DNA of 64,000 bases from Nitrospirota bacterium (GCA_963703955.1 CAVPGK010000010.1:64001-128000); one strand, 5' to 3'; shown: positions 32,601 to 44,505, numbered from the stretch's first letter. Made by a program: numbers and translations. Notes: generated by a model not told the origin, from the letters alone.

Positions 32601-35600
32601 GACGCTCATCAAAATCTGCGTCGTCGAAGACCCCGAATACTGGGCTCAAGCCGCGTAGCGTCCGGATCAATGCGAGCTGGGTCGAGGCCACATCAACTGC
32701 AAAGTGGAAGCGAATGTTCCGCAAAAACACGAGGCCATTTTCGACCTCGCATTGCGCCTCTGAAAGCGGGTCGCCGGCCGCGAGCAGGTTCGTGTTGAGA
32801 TGGTAGCAATCGAAGGCGGCATGGGTAAGATCGCCATCCCGATTGGCGACCTCGAACGCTCGGCGCTGCACAGGACGAGCAGCCCGGACGTGACTGCTCC
32901 ACGCCATGAGGAATCCGCAGACATGATACGTCCTGGCCTCGAAACGCCGGAATCCCAGTCGTTCGACGAGTTCGTAGGCGAGCTTCGCCAACCGAAAGCC
33001 GGCCTGGTAGTCGCCAAAATATGGTCCAATAACGGTGGCAAGCTCGGCATAGGCGTAGCATGAAGCGTCGCAGTTCCCGTGTTCCAGAATGAGACTGACG
33101 GCGCGGCACATCAACAAGCAGGGGAGGTTGGGATCGAGAGTTAAGGCAGTCGGAACCATTCTCACGAGGACATGAATCGTCGCCAACCGCTGCCGCATCG
33201 CTCGCCAGCGGAAGACCAATGAGTTCCTCGATGGAGCGGCTGCCGAGCAGAGACCCGATTCTTTCATATTCGCGCAGCGCATCCTCTTTGCCCGGATGCG
33301 CCGGCCATTCGATTCCCACACGTCGGAGATACTCAAGGCCGACGGCAACCGCACGCTCTATATGGGTCATCGCGTACAGGTCGATCCGCAAGCAAGCAAC
33401 GGTTGCGTGTTCTGTGTCGTCCGCGCCACGGTTCGAAAGCACGATCAGGCGCTCCTCGGCGAGCGCCAATTCGCCGGTTACGAACTCACATTCCGCTCGA
33501 TGCAGCTCCAGCGCAAATTTAAGCTCGTGCAGACGCTCCCATGAATCGTCCGCCAATAAGGCCGACCCAGTGGTGAGGTACGTGAGCGCCGATGCGTACG
33601 CAGCAGTCGTTTTCGCGCGTTTGCCTGCAATCAGGTTCAGCTCGGCGAGTTGCTCGCGTTCCTCGCGCGAGGTGATTAAGGCGATCCCGCGATTCAGCTG
33701 GTTGACGATTTCGAAGATCGCCTCCTCCCGTTTCTCCGGCGGCGTATGCGCCGCCAGCAGGCGTCCGATCCCGAGATGCGTTTCGGCGCGGGATTCCTCT
33801 GGAATCAGCGAATAGGCGGCTTCCTGCACCCGGTCATGGATAAACCTGTACGAGCCGTCCTGCAGGTCAACGAGCTCGGCGCGCACCGCTTCAAACAGAT
33901 CCGCATGGACCTGCGCCTCCGCTGTGCCGCAAACCAGAGACAACGTGCTGACTTTCGCGGCGTTGCCGAGGCAGGCCAGCTTCTGGAGTGCGATTTGAGC
34001 CTCGACGGGCAGACGGCCCACTTTGCCGACCATGAGCTCGACGATATTGTCTGTGTACCCCTTCGCATGAATGCGCTCGATATCCCAAGTCCAGTCCCGC
34101 TTGCCATGATCGAAGACGAGCAACCCCTCTTCCGCGAGGGCTGACAGGAACTGGATCGTAAAGAATGGATTGCCGCCTGTCTTCTCGTGCACCAGTTGGA
34201 CGAGCGGCGCGGCGCGCTCCGGTGTGCAGCGAAGCGCATCCGCAACAAATTGCTCCAGGTCGTCACGGAGGAGCGGCCCAAGCCTGATCTCTTGTACCGG
34301 CGCGCCCGCATGACGGATCGCATCGAGTTTGCGCCTGAGCGGGTGCGAGACATCGAGTTCATTGTCGCGATAGGCTCCGATCAGCAACAAGTGCCGAAGA
34401 TCCGATTGAGTCAGCAGGTCTTCGATGAGATCCAATGTGGCCGCGTCGAGCCATTGCAAGTCGTCGAGAAAGAGCGCCAGTGGATGCTCCGGCCTGGCGA
34501 ACACGCCGAGGAAGCGCCGGAAGACCAGGTGGAAGCGGCGTTGCGCGTCCTGGGGCGGAAGCTCGGGAACCGGCGGCTGCTCGCCGATGATGAGCCTCAG
34601 CTCGGGGACCAGATCTTCAATGAGCTGCCCGTTCGGAGCCAACGCCTCCTGCAGCGCATCACGCCAGCGGGCGAACTCCGCTCCGCTCTTGCCCAGGAGC
34701 GTGCGGATCAGACCCTGAAAGGCGTGCGCGAGGGTGGCATAAGGGATGTCGCGCTTGTACTGGTCGAACTTGCCCAATGCGAACAGGCCGCGCGGCGGCA
34801 CCAGCACCTTGTGCAGCTCGTTGACGACGGAAGACTTGCCGATCCCGGAATAGCCGGAAACCAGCACGAGTTCCGGCGCGCCGCCCTTGACGATGCGCTC
34901 GAAGGCGGCGAGCAGGCTCTCGATCTCGCGCGAGCGCCCGTACAGTTTCTCGGGGATCAGCAACCGGTCGGCCGTGTCATGTTCGCCTAGCGGAAAGTCG
35001 CCGATGCGTCCCTCCGCCTCCCATTGCGCCAGGCAACGCCGAAGATCGTGCTCCAGACCTGCCGCGGTCTGGTAACGCTGCTCGGCCGTCTTCGCGAGCA
35101 GCTTCATGACGATGGCCGAAACCGGGGCCGGCACAGTTTCCAGTCGCTCGGCGGGCGGGACCGGGCGCCTCGCGATGTGGCAGTGCACCCACTCCAGCGG
35201 ATCGGCTGCAGTGAACGGCAGGCAGCCCGTGAGCATCTGGTAGAGTGTGACGCCGAGCGCGTAGAGGTCGCTGCGGGCATCGATCGACCGGTTCATGCGT
35301 CCGGTCTGTTCCGGAGCCATGTAGGCGAGGCTGCCCGCGATGGTCTCCGGAGGCGCGGGCGCCTGCCGCTCGCGCTGGAGTCGCGATGCGATCCCGAAGC
35401 CCATGAGGCGAACGTGACCCGTTCCCGCATCCACCAGCAAATTGGCCGGCTTGAGGTCCTTGTGGATCAGATGTCGGGTATGGAGCTTGCCCAAGGCACC
35501 CGCCGCGCTGACGGCAAGCCGCAGGAACGGTCCCAGCTCTATCGGCCCACGGATAAGTCGGTCGAGCGGCTCGCCCCCGGGATCGTCTAGGACGAGCATC

Positions 35601-35842
35601 GGCCACCCGTCCTCCTCAACCAGGTCGAGGGGTCGGACCGCCCAGTCCGGATGGAGGTCCATCCTCAGGGAGAATTCATGCTCTAGCTTTCTGGCGCTCT
35701 CTCGTGAGGGGCGCGTCGACACCACGAGGAGCACCTTCGCTTCGTTTTCCCGGCCGGCCGGCCGGGCGCGGTAGAGAATGAACTCGCCATTGTCGCGAAG
35801 CGCCTCCCGCAAGTAGTGTTGTGAAACCCGCACCGGTGTCAT
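29678..35842 (-). CDS. Ser/Thr kinase-STAND(AAA)-GAF-PAS-PAS-sigma54 enhancer-binding protein (about 2050 aa; frameshifts near 33200 and 32010)
   Basis: Kinase HKDLKPAN/GFG/APE; Walker A GYSGIGKS; LFLDDLQW; GAF (LCLPL..LYLEN); two PAS (VHPEDR, VHPDD); AAA+ GETGTGKE with intact GAFTGA; FhlA-like HTH SGPSGAARKLG. Confidence 0.9.
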
Positions 35843-35854
35843 GCCGGCTCCTCT

Positions 35855-36075
35855 GATCGGCAAGGTGCACTAAAACGCGGCGCCTCGGTCGTCCCGGGCA
35901 GTAGCCCACAGGCGTCCGCCGTGCGCCTCGATGGTGGAACGGCTGATCGCCGGTCTTATCCCAAGGCCGCCGCGCTTGGTGGAACAGAAGGGCTCAAAAG
36001 TGGCGGTCACCCGATTCGATTGAACCCGTGTCCCGAATTTTGGACCGTCACGAGGACATGGTGCTCGTCATGTGC
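35855..36075 (-). pseudogene. Histidine kinase HATPase remnant
   Basis: VLVTVQNSGHGF...FEPFCSTKRGGLGIRPAISRSTIEAHGGRLWATARDDRGAAF*CTLP, with degenerate G1/F/G2 boxes. Confidence 0.75.
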
Positions 36076-36245
36076 GACCACGAGGCAGTACGCATACAGC
36101 TCCACGCCCGCTGCCGATAGCGGTCCGCCGCCCTCCAAGAATGCCTCATAGTCGGCCGTCTCTCGGAACACGGCCTGGCGCGCCGCGCCTCGAATCATGA
36201 CATGGCAGAAGCCCCGGGAAACTCAATGCGGACGGGGCGGGCCAT
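36076..36245 (-). mobile_element. REP-associated tyrosine transposase (RAYT, IS200/IS605 Y1) N-terminal remnant
   Basis: MARPVRIEFPGA, a frameshift, then HVMIRGAARQAVFRETADYEAFL...VELYAYCL; truncated before the HuH motif. Confidence 0.78.
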
Positions 36246-36706
36246 GGCGGCAGGATAGCCCATGAAGGTAGAATCAATCAACAATACGAATTGAGTCATC
36301 TAAAATCTTACCCAAGAGGCCTTCGTTGCGACATCTGTTTTTCTTACCTTCCGGGCCCCATCATGCGGAATGAACGGTTCGTTCGCGATGACCATGGGTT
36401 GAACCTGAGACGCTGTGACCTACGGCTGCAGCCGATGGCAAATTCAGCACGCCTCAATGGATGTATCACGCTCAGATCGATAACAAAAATCTTATTCCGC
36501 AGGTCACGGCGTCCTAGGCCCTACGTGCTTATACTTCCACAAAAGCTTGGTTCCCAGAGAACGCTAGGTCTTGGGGAGGAGCTTGTTCAGACTGAGAGGA
36601 AAAATAATTTTTTACTTTGCAGCTGACGCGGCTGGAACTCGTCGCTGATATCCGACGTAGGTGGGCCGAAGAGGGTGGGAAGAGCGAGAGTAGGAGGGAT
36701 GACAGC

Positions 36707-36913
36707 ATGAACTCACAAGTTACGGGATTGCGAGTGGCAAGTGTTGTGTTCGGTCTGATAGCCATCGCGCAATTGGGGCGACTGGTAATACGCCCAGAGG
36801 TGCTTGTCGCCGGTCATCTGATACCCTTGTGGCCCAGTGTGCTGGCCTTCATCATTTTGAGCGGTCTAAGTCTTTGGATGTGGAAACTCGCTCGAGCCTC
36901 CGAGCGCGGCTAG
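36707..36913 (+). CDS. Small two-TM membrane protein
   Basis: RBS AGGAGG; 68 aa with two hydrophobic segments. Confidence 0.65.
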   Translation: MNSQVTGLRVASVVFGLIAIAQLGRLVIRPEVLVAGHLIPLWPSVLAFIILSGLSLWMWKLARASERG

Positions 36914-37139
36914 AGGAGGATCCTGAGATGGCTGCACCACGAAAACTCCTCGTCGGCAGCCGGCTGTTCACTGAGTTCGGCGTCCCCAGCACACCTCAGC
37001 AAAGACCTCAGCGAAAAATAACCAAGTACGAGTGGACTAGACTCCGCCGCCTGGTCACTCCTTCCGGACATGATCAAGCATGCCACGCATCGGGCGACAC
37101 AACATGGGCACGTGCGGCCGAGCTGTCACCACATCACGG

Positions 37140-39848
37140 TCACCGGCTGCCACCCTTCTGGAATGCCGCCACCTTGCCCCCTTCCAGGACCCGCTTGGCG
37201 TCGAGGAGCCCGAAGAGTTGGATCGTTTTGGCCACGCACCCGGTCCAGCCGGTCTGATGGCTTGCGCCCAGTCCCGCCCCGTTATCACCGTGAAAGTATT
37301 CATAGAACAGGATGAGATCCCGCCAGTGGGGATCGGATTGGAACTTCTGCGTGCCGCCATACACAGGGCGCTGGCCGCGCTTATCCCGCAGGAAGATCCG
37401 GCTCAGCCGATCTGCGATCTCCTTGGCGACCTCGAAGAGGTTCATCATCTTGCCGGATCCGGTGGGGCATTCAATTTTGAAATTGTCACCATAGTAGAGA
37501 TAGTAATTCAGGAGCGCCCGAATAAGGATGACATTCACCGGCATCCAGACCGGCCCCCGCCAGTTCGAGTTGCCGCCGAACATGCCGGTGTCGGACTCGG
37601 CCGGTAGATAGTTCACCCGGTACTCCTGGCCGCCCACGTTGAAGATATAGGGGTTCCGCTCGTGAAACTTGGAGAGCGCACGGAGCCCGTAGGGGCCCAG
37701 GAATTCATTTTCGTCGAGCATCTTCGAGAGGATCCGGCGGAGCCGCTCCGGATTGATCAGCGCAATGATTCCCCGCTCGTTCACGCCAAAATGCCCCGGG
37801 CCGGTGGGGTGCATGGATTTCATGAGTTCGGGCATCTGGCGCGCGCGCGCAACAAAAGCCGCGACGACCTGCGGAACGAGTTCCCGCTGCCACGGCTCGA
37901 CGACGGTCGTGGCGCACAGCGGCAGCAGCCCCACCATCGAGCGGACCTTGAGCCGCTGGGCACTGCCGTCCGGGAGTCGCAGCAGATCGTAATAGAAGCC
38001 GTCCTCCTCGTCCCACATGCCCTCCGGCCCGGGCCTGTTCATTCCCGCGGCAATATATAAGAAGTGTTCGATAAATTTTGTCACCATATCCCCGTAGGTG
38101 GGGTCGTGGACCACCAGCTCCACCGCAAGTTCCAACATGTTCTGGCTGAACAGGGCCATCCAGGCTGTGCCGTCCGCCTGCTCAAGGTGGCCCCCGGTAG
38201 GCAATGGGGCGCTGCGGTCGAAGATGCCGATGTTGTCGAGGCCGAGGAACCCCCCCTCGAACACGTTCTTGCCGAACCGGTCCTTCCGGTTCACCCACCA
38301 GGTGAAGTTCAGCAAGAGCTTGTTGAAGGCCAGCTTGAGGAAGTTCACATCCGTCTCGCCGCGCACGGCCTGCTCGGTGCGGTGCAGGAAGAGGGTCGCA
38401 AAGGCGTGGACCGGCGGGTTCACGTCGCTGAAGTTCCATTCGTAGGCGGGAACCTGCCCGTTGGGGTGCAGATAGAACCCATGTAGCATCAGGTGCATCT
38501 GCTGCTTCGCGAAGTCCGGGTCGACGATCGAGAGCGGCAGCGTGTGGAAGGCCAGGTCCCAGGCCGCGTACCAGGGGTATTCCCACTTGTCCGGCATCGA
38601 GATGACGTCCTCGTTGACCATGTGGAACCACTCCGAGTTCCGGGAGATACGATAGCCGGTATGGAGGGGGTTGGAGTTGTGCTCCTCCAGCCAACGATTG
38701 CCATCAAAGTAATAGTACTGCTTGGACCAGAGCATGCCGGCCAGGGCCTGGCGCATCACGTTAGCCGCGTCCGGGGAGACGGACGGCGGAGTGACGGCAC
38801 GGTAGAACTCGTCCGCCTCCTTCAAGCGGGCCGCGAAGGTCTCTGCAAACGCCGGCCCGAAGCGGACTGCAGAAGGGGCTTGGCTGGTGAGACGCAGACG
38901 TACGATCATCGATTGGCCGGGCCCCACCATCTGCCGATAGTGCGCCGAGGCCTTCGTTCCCTGGTGCGCAGGATTCACCGCCTCCTGGCGGCCCTGCACC
39001 ACATAGTCATTGATGCCGTCTTTGACGTAGGGGGTGGGGTTCGGGTATTGAGGAAAGAGCCGGGCGTTGTTCGTTTCATTCTCGGTGAACAGCAGCGGCA
39101 CATTGCCTTCGCAGTACAGGTAGTACGTGCCCAGTGTCGAATGCTGCGCTGAGAGTGCACTCGTGCCCGCCGGTCCCTGGCTCTGCTTGAGGATCGGTTT
39201 CTGGGCAGGTCCGGCAATCCATGTTGCCCAGTCGTTGCGGAACCACAGGGTCGGCAACAGGTGCAGCTCGGCCTGCTCCGGGCCCCGATTGACCGCGGTG
39301 ATCTGCACCAGGATGTCGTCCGGGCCATCCTTGGCATATTCCACGAATACGTCGAAATAGCGATTGTCGTTGAAGACGCCGGTATCGAGCAGTTCATACT
39401 CCATCTCGTTCCGGGAACGTCGGCGGTTGGTCTCCACCAGATCGAGGTAGGGGAAGGCCGCCTGCGGGTACTTGTAGAGGTACTTCATATAGGAATGCGT
39501 CGGCGTGCTGTCGAGGTAGAAGTAATACTCTTTGACGTCCTCGCCGTGGTTGGCTTCGCTGTTGGTGAGCCCGAAGAGCCGTTCTTTGAGGATCGCGTCT
39601 TTCCCGTTCCAGAGGGCGAGCGCAAAGCAGAGCCGCTGTTTCTCGTCGCTGATACCCCCGAGACCATCCTCGCCCCAGCGATAGGCCCGCGAACGGGCCT
39701 GATCATGGGTGAAGAAATTCCAGGCGTCCCCGTTCTCGCTGTAATCCTCCCGAACGGTGCCCCATTGCCGCTCGCTCAGGTACGGGCCCCACCGTTTCCA
39801 GTTGGAGCCGTCTTGTACCAACCGTGTATGCTCAGCCGTTTGTGCCAT
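37140..39848 (-). CDS. GH63 / MGH1-like glucosidase
   Basis: 902 aa; WGPYLSERQWGTVREDYS, MPDKWEYPWYAAWD and EYFHGDNGAGLGASHQTGWT motifs. Confidence 0.93.
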   Translation of the reverse strand: MAQTAEHTRLVQDGSNWKRWGPYLSERQWGTVREDYSENGDAWNFFTHDQARSRAYRWGEDGLGGISDEKQRLCFALALWNGKDAILKERLFGLTNSEANHGEDVKEYYFYLDSTPTHSYMKYLYKYPQAAFPYLDLVETNRRRSRNEMEYELLDTGVFNDNRYFDVFVEYAKDGPDDILVQITAVNRGPEQAELHLLPTLWFRNDWATWIAGPAQKPILKQSQGPAGTSALSAQHSTLGTYYLYCEGNVPLLFTENETNNARLFPQYPNPTPYVKDGINDYVVQGRQEAVNPAHQGTKASAHYRQMVGPGQSMIVRLRLTSQAPSAVRFGPAFAETFAARLKEADEFYRAVTPPSVSPDAANVMRQALAGMLWSKQYYYFDGNRWLEEHNSNPLHTGYRISRNSEWFHMVNEDVISMPDKWEYPWYAAWDLAFHTLPLSIVDPDFAKQQMHLMLHGFYLHPNGQVPAYEWNFSDVNPPVHAFATLFLHRTEQAVRGETDVNFLKLAFNKLLLNFTWWVNRKDRFGKNVFEGGFLGLDNIGIFDRSAPLPTGGHLEQADGTAWMALFSQNMLELAVELVVHDPTYGDMVTKFIEHFLYIAAGMNRPGPEGMWDEEDGFYYDLLRLPDGSAQRLKVRSMVGLLPLCATTVVEPWQRELVPQVVAAFVARARQMPELMKSMHPTGPGHFGVNERGIIALINPERLRRILSKMLDENEFLGPYGLRALSKFHERNPYIFNVGGQEYRVNYLPAESDTGMFGGNSNWRGPVWMPVNVILIRALLNYYLYYGDNFKIECPTGSGKMMNLFEVAKEIADRLSRIFLRDKRGQRPVYGGTQKFQSDPHWRDLILFYEYFHGDNGAGLGASHQTGWTGCVAKTIQLFGLLDAKRVLEGGKVAAFQKGGSR

Positions 39849-40133
39849 CGTATCCTCCGTTTGCTCAGCTCAGTGCAGAAGCTCTATGCCGACGCACCAA
39901 CTGAATCCAGTTCAAGGTTGGTGCCCGGTTCCCTCACCACCAGCGCCACGTCGGAGTGGGACGCCTCACTGTGCCTGTCAGCATTTCTGACGAGCGGGAG
40001 GGATCCGGATGGCTGGCGAATGGCGGTAGAACTCCTCATAGGTTGTGTCTTCCGCGCCACCCTTCGCGAACAACTTGCCGCCAATGCCCTGCTTCTTTCA
40101 AAAAGAGATTTCGGAGTTCTCGCGGCGTGTCTC

Positions 40134-40850
40134 CTATTTGATGACTTTGGCCACGGCAGCGCGCAGGTCGGCCGATTTGGGGTTCTCGACGCTGTGCTTG
40201 ACCAGGATGTCCGTGGGGCGTACTTCCTTGCCATAGTAGGCCGCGTTGGAATCATTCGACACGGCGACCGCTGCCCCATCCAGTTGCATGCCTGCGAAGA
40301 TGCCCTTGCTGCTGGCATACGAGAGCAGGTCGGCCGTCACTCCTGTGACTGCTCCACCCCCGCCGACACGGCCCGCCGAGAGGCCTGCGTCGACGCCCAT
40401 CTTGAAGTCGTTCCGATAAAACTGCTCGAGACCGCGTGTTGTCCTGATCAGGAACACCAGTTGCGACGCGTCCGCGCCGGCTTGCAAGCCGAAACTCACC
40501 GAGCCCATCGTGTAAAAGGCCGGCTGCGACCAGGCTCCCGTCTTCTCATCCCGGACGAGAAGGACGCCGCTCCCGCCCCTGCCGCCGAAGATAAACGCGC
40601 CCCTCAGCAACTGGGGGACGATGAAGATACCTTTAGGATCCTTGACGTCAGCCTGGAGGGCCGCTTTCAGGTCCGGATTGGCGCCAAAGGCGTCGATGGT
40701 CATCTTCGCCTTATCGATCAGCTGCTGCTGTTCGGCAAAATCTGCCGTGATTGCCGGTGCCGGAAGGGCAACCAGCGCAGCAACCCATACGGTGGTGAGA
40801 ATGAAGAATGCCACTATCGAACCTGTTTTCCGCCTCGTTCTACCATTCAT
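40134..40850 (-). CDS. Ysc84/SYLF lipid-binding domain protein, exported
   Basis: Signal peptide; GAFIFGGRGGSGV, WSQPAF, SFGLQAG and SKGIFAG...NAAYYG. Confidence 0.88.
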   Translation of the reverse strand: MNGRTRRKTGSIVAFFILTTVWVAALVALPAPAITADFAEQQQLIDKAKMTIDAFGANPDLKAALQADVKDPKGIFIVPQLLRGAFIFGGRGGSGVLLVRDEKTGAWSQPAFYTMGSVSFGLQAGADASQLVFLIRTTRGLEQFYRNDFKMGVDAGLSAGRVGGGGAVTGVTADLLSYASSKGIFAGMQLDGAAVAVSNDSNAAYYGKEVRPTDILVKHSVENPKSADLRAAVAKVIK

Positions 40851-41585
40851 GTGCGTGCCTCCTTGTGAATTCCTCGGCCGTGTACCACGGCCTTGGTCAT
40901 GTTATCTATGAGTTGGTGCTTCTTGTCGGTGCATGCATGTGAGCATTTCTTAGCGGCGAGCCGCACCCACCGTCTGGCCAGCCTGCGCCGCGAAGGCGCC
41001 CTTGATGCCGCCTTCCAACATCCGCAAGCGTGTACGTGTTCAAGATTGGTGCCTGTCATCAACAGCGACACGTCGAAGTTGGCATCATATGATTTCGTGG
41101 GATTAGCAGTGCGTATAAGAGAACCTGCTCAAAATGATAAGGAGCATTCCTTTCTACGCGCTAAGGAGCCGGGAAGCATTCTGTAACGGACGGCCGGTGA
41201 TGTAGGTGCAGCTTCTCATCTTGTTGCATTAGGCAACAGGCTCAATGCATGGGACTGTCCCGAAACGCCCCAATGGCGTCGCTGTTCCGTGGCAAACCGC
41301 AGTTTTCATTCCCGGATATACATTCGGGCCGAGGCAGGCTTCTGGTGGTGCTTGCGCCGGCCTGACAGAGGAATCAGCGTGAGTGTAGCGAGAAAGATTG
41401 GACGGTGTGACGGGTGAACAGGTCATGGGGCCAATACTGATCGATGATCCGATTCTGACACCCGGCATGAGGGGCTGTATTAGGAACATCGTTGCAGATA
41501 TACTGGAACGCCCGAAAAATGGAGCCGAACACGCATCTGTTTCCGCGGGGTCTTCCGCACACTCATCTAGGATAGGGGGAGCAGG

Positions 41586-42405
41586 ATGGCGAAAGACAAC
41601 GGACGGGAGGATGACGGCAAGTCCAAGCTGAAGCGAAAAGAATACGAGAAGGAGCTGCGCCGGCTTCAGGCCGAACTGTGCATTCTTCAGGACTGGGTGA
41701 AACACAAAGGCCTGCGGGTCATGGTGGTATTCGAGGGGCGCGATGGCGCCGGCAAGGGAGGCACCATTCGCGCCATCACCGAGCGCGTCAGCCCACGCGT
41801 GTTCCGTGTCGTGGCGCTACCAGCGCCCGTCCGATCGCGAGAAAACCCAGATGTACCTCCAGCGCTACATGGCGCACTTCCCGGCGGCCGGCGAGATCGT
41901 CATCTTCGACCGCAGTTGGTACAACCGTGCCGGGGTCGAATACGTCATGGGCTTCTGCACCAAGGAACAGTACGAAGGCTTCCTCGAACACTGCCCGATT
42001 GTCGAAGGGTATATCACGAGGGCCGGGATCATCCTGATCAAGTACTGGCTCGAGGTGAGCAACAAGGAGCAGGAGCGGCGCTTCGAGGCCCGCGTCGAGG
42101 ATCCGTTGCGCCAGTGGAAGCTCAGTCCAATGGACCTGCCGTCGCGGGAGAAGTGGTACGAGTACTCCCGGGCGCGTGACCGGATGCTGAAGGCCACGGA
42201 CACGAAGCATGCGCCCTGGTACATCGTGCGGTCGGATGACAAGAAACGCGCGCGCCTCAACTGCATCACTCATTTGCTGTCGCTGATTCCCTACAAAAAG
42301 CTGCCGCGTGACAAAGTGAAGATTCCCAAGCGATCGAACAAGGACGAATACGATGACCAGGCGACGTTGAAGGGGAGAAAAAAGTTCATTCCGGAGAAAT
42401 ACTGA
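41586..42405 (+). CDS. ppk2: Polyphosphate kinase 2, copy B (frameshift near 41828)
   Basis: Same motifs as copy A, split over two ORFs. Confidence 0.92.
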
Positions 42406-42431
42406 AAGCGGATTTGGAGCAGACCGATAGC

Positions 42432-44502
42432 ATGACAGACAAACAATCTGATCAGCTCTGCATCAACACGATCCGCACGCTGTCGATGGACGCCATCCAG
42501 CAGGCCAACTCCGGCCATCCCGGGACGCCCATGGCCTTGGCCCCCGTGGCGTACTGCCTGTGGCAGCGATTCCTCCGCTTCGATCCGCAAGACCCGATCT
42601 GGCCCAACCGCGACCGCTTCGTTCTGTCGATCGGCCATGCCTCGATGCTGCTGTACTCGCTCCTTGCATCTGACCGGCGTGAAGGCCGTCAGCAAGGATT
42701 ACGAAACCCTCGGCGACCCCTCGGTGCCGCTGGATGCCATCAAGCAGTTCCGCCAATTGGGCAGCCGCTGTCCAGGCCATCCCGAGTACCGCTGGACATC
42801 CGGCGTCGAAACCACGACGGGTCCGCTCGGGCAGGGCGTCGCCAACAGCGTGGGCATGGCCATCGCCGGCCGCTGGATGGCCGCGCATTTCAATCGGCCC
42901 GGCTTCGACGACGTGATCGATTTCAACGTCTACGCGCTGTGCGGCGATGGCTGCATGATGGAAGGCATCTCGCACGAGGCGGCGTCGCTGGCCGGTCACT
43001 TGGGTCTCTCGAATCTGTGCTGGATCTACGACAACAACCATATCACGATCGAGGGCAACACCGCGCTTGGCCTTCTCGCGAAGATGTCGCCACGCGCTTC
43101 ATCGCGTACGGCTGGAATGTGACGCGCGTCGGCGACGCCAACGATCTGGAGATGCTGCGAGCGCGCGTTCCGCACCTTCCAGAAGACGACGGATCGGCCC
43201 ACGCTGATCATCGTGGACAGCCATATCGCCTACGGGGCGCCCAACAAGCAGGACACCTCGGCCGCGCACGGCGAACCGCTCGGCGAAGAGGAGGTCCGGC
43301 TGACCAAGAGAAATTACGGCTGGCCGGAGGACGCCAAGTTCGCCGTGCCCGACGGCGTCTATGAGCACTTCCGGAAAGGGATCGGTGCTCGCGGGAAGAC
43401 ACTCCGCGATGCCTGGTTCACGCGCATCAAGGAGTACAAGGCCAAGTATCCGGAGCTGGCCGATCAGTTGTATCGGATGCAGCACCGGCAGTTGCCCGAC
43501 GGATGGGACAAGGATCTGCCCGACGTTCCCGCCCGAGCCCAAGGGCCTGGCCACGCGCGTCTCTTCCGGGCAGGTGTTGAACGCGGTGGCGAAGCGGGTG
43601 CCCTGGTTGATGGGAGGATCGGCGGACCTGGCCCCTTCGACCAAGACGCGCTTGACGTTCGAAGGAGCGGGCGACGTGTCTGCCGACAATCCCGGCGGCC
43701 GCAATCTGCACTTCGGCATCCGCGAGCATGCCATGGGAGCGATCTTGAACGGCATGGCCCTGGTGAAGGTGCGGGCGTACGGCTCCGGGTTCCTGATCTT
43801 CAGCGACTATGCCCGGGGTGCGATCCGGCTCAGCGCGCATCATGGAATTGCCGGTCATCCACATTTTCACGCACGACTCGATCGGCGTGGGCGAAGACGG
43901 TCCGACCCATCAGCCGGTCGAACAGCTCGCCTCGTTGCGCGCGATGCCTGGATTGATCGTGATCCGTCCCGCAGATGCCAATGAAGTGGTCGAGGCGTGG
44001 CGCGTGATCATGGACTTGCACCATCGAGCCCGTTGTGCTCATCCTGACCCGGCAAGACGTGCCGACACTGGATCGTACGATCTATGCATCCGCTGCAGGC
44101 TTGGCGAAGGGGGGCTACGTGCTGGCCGATGCCGTCGGCGGCAAACCCGATGTGATCCTGATCGGGACCGGCAGTGAGGTGTCCGTCTGTCTCGCCGCAT
44201 ACCAGCAGCTTAAGTCGGAGGGCATTCAGGCTCGCGTTGTGAGCATGCCATCCTGGGAGCTGTTCGAGCAGCAGGGCCAGACCTATCGGACCGAGGTCCT
44301 GCCGCCGTCCGTCGCCGCGCGCGTGGCAGTTGAACAGGCTTCGACATTCGGGTGGGCGCACTACGTCGGCACGGCGGGAACGATCATCGGCATGACGACG
44401 TTCGGGGCCTCGGCTCCGCTCAAGGAGCTGCAGAAGGAATTCGGATTCACGACGGAGCACGTCGTCGAGGCAGCCAGGCAGCAGGTGAAGCAAGCGAGGT
44501 AG
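42432..44502 (+). CDS. tkt: Transketolase (several frameshifts)
   Basis: [62 protein letters not shown] and TFGASAP motifs. Confidence 0.93.
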
Positions 44503-44505
44503 CCA

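Noticed and set aside
39261..40868. Long plus-strand ORF (535 aa), and similar ORFs such as 13256-14257, 14254-15279, 45136-46041, 53010-54155 and 59086-59865
   Set aside because: Antisense to well-supported genes; typical high-GC shadow ORFs.
40851..41585. Genes or structured ncRNA in the divergent intergenic region
   Set aside because: The short ORFs lack motifs. Only short inverted repeats (~41222-41250) and no correctly spaced -24/-12 box were seen.
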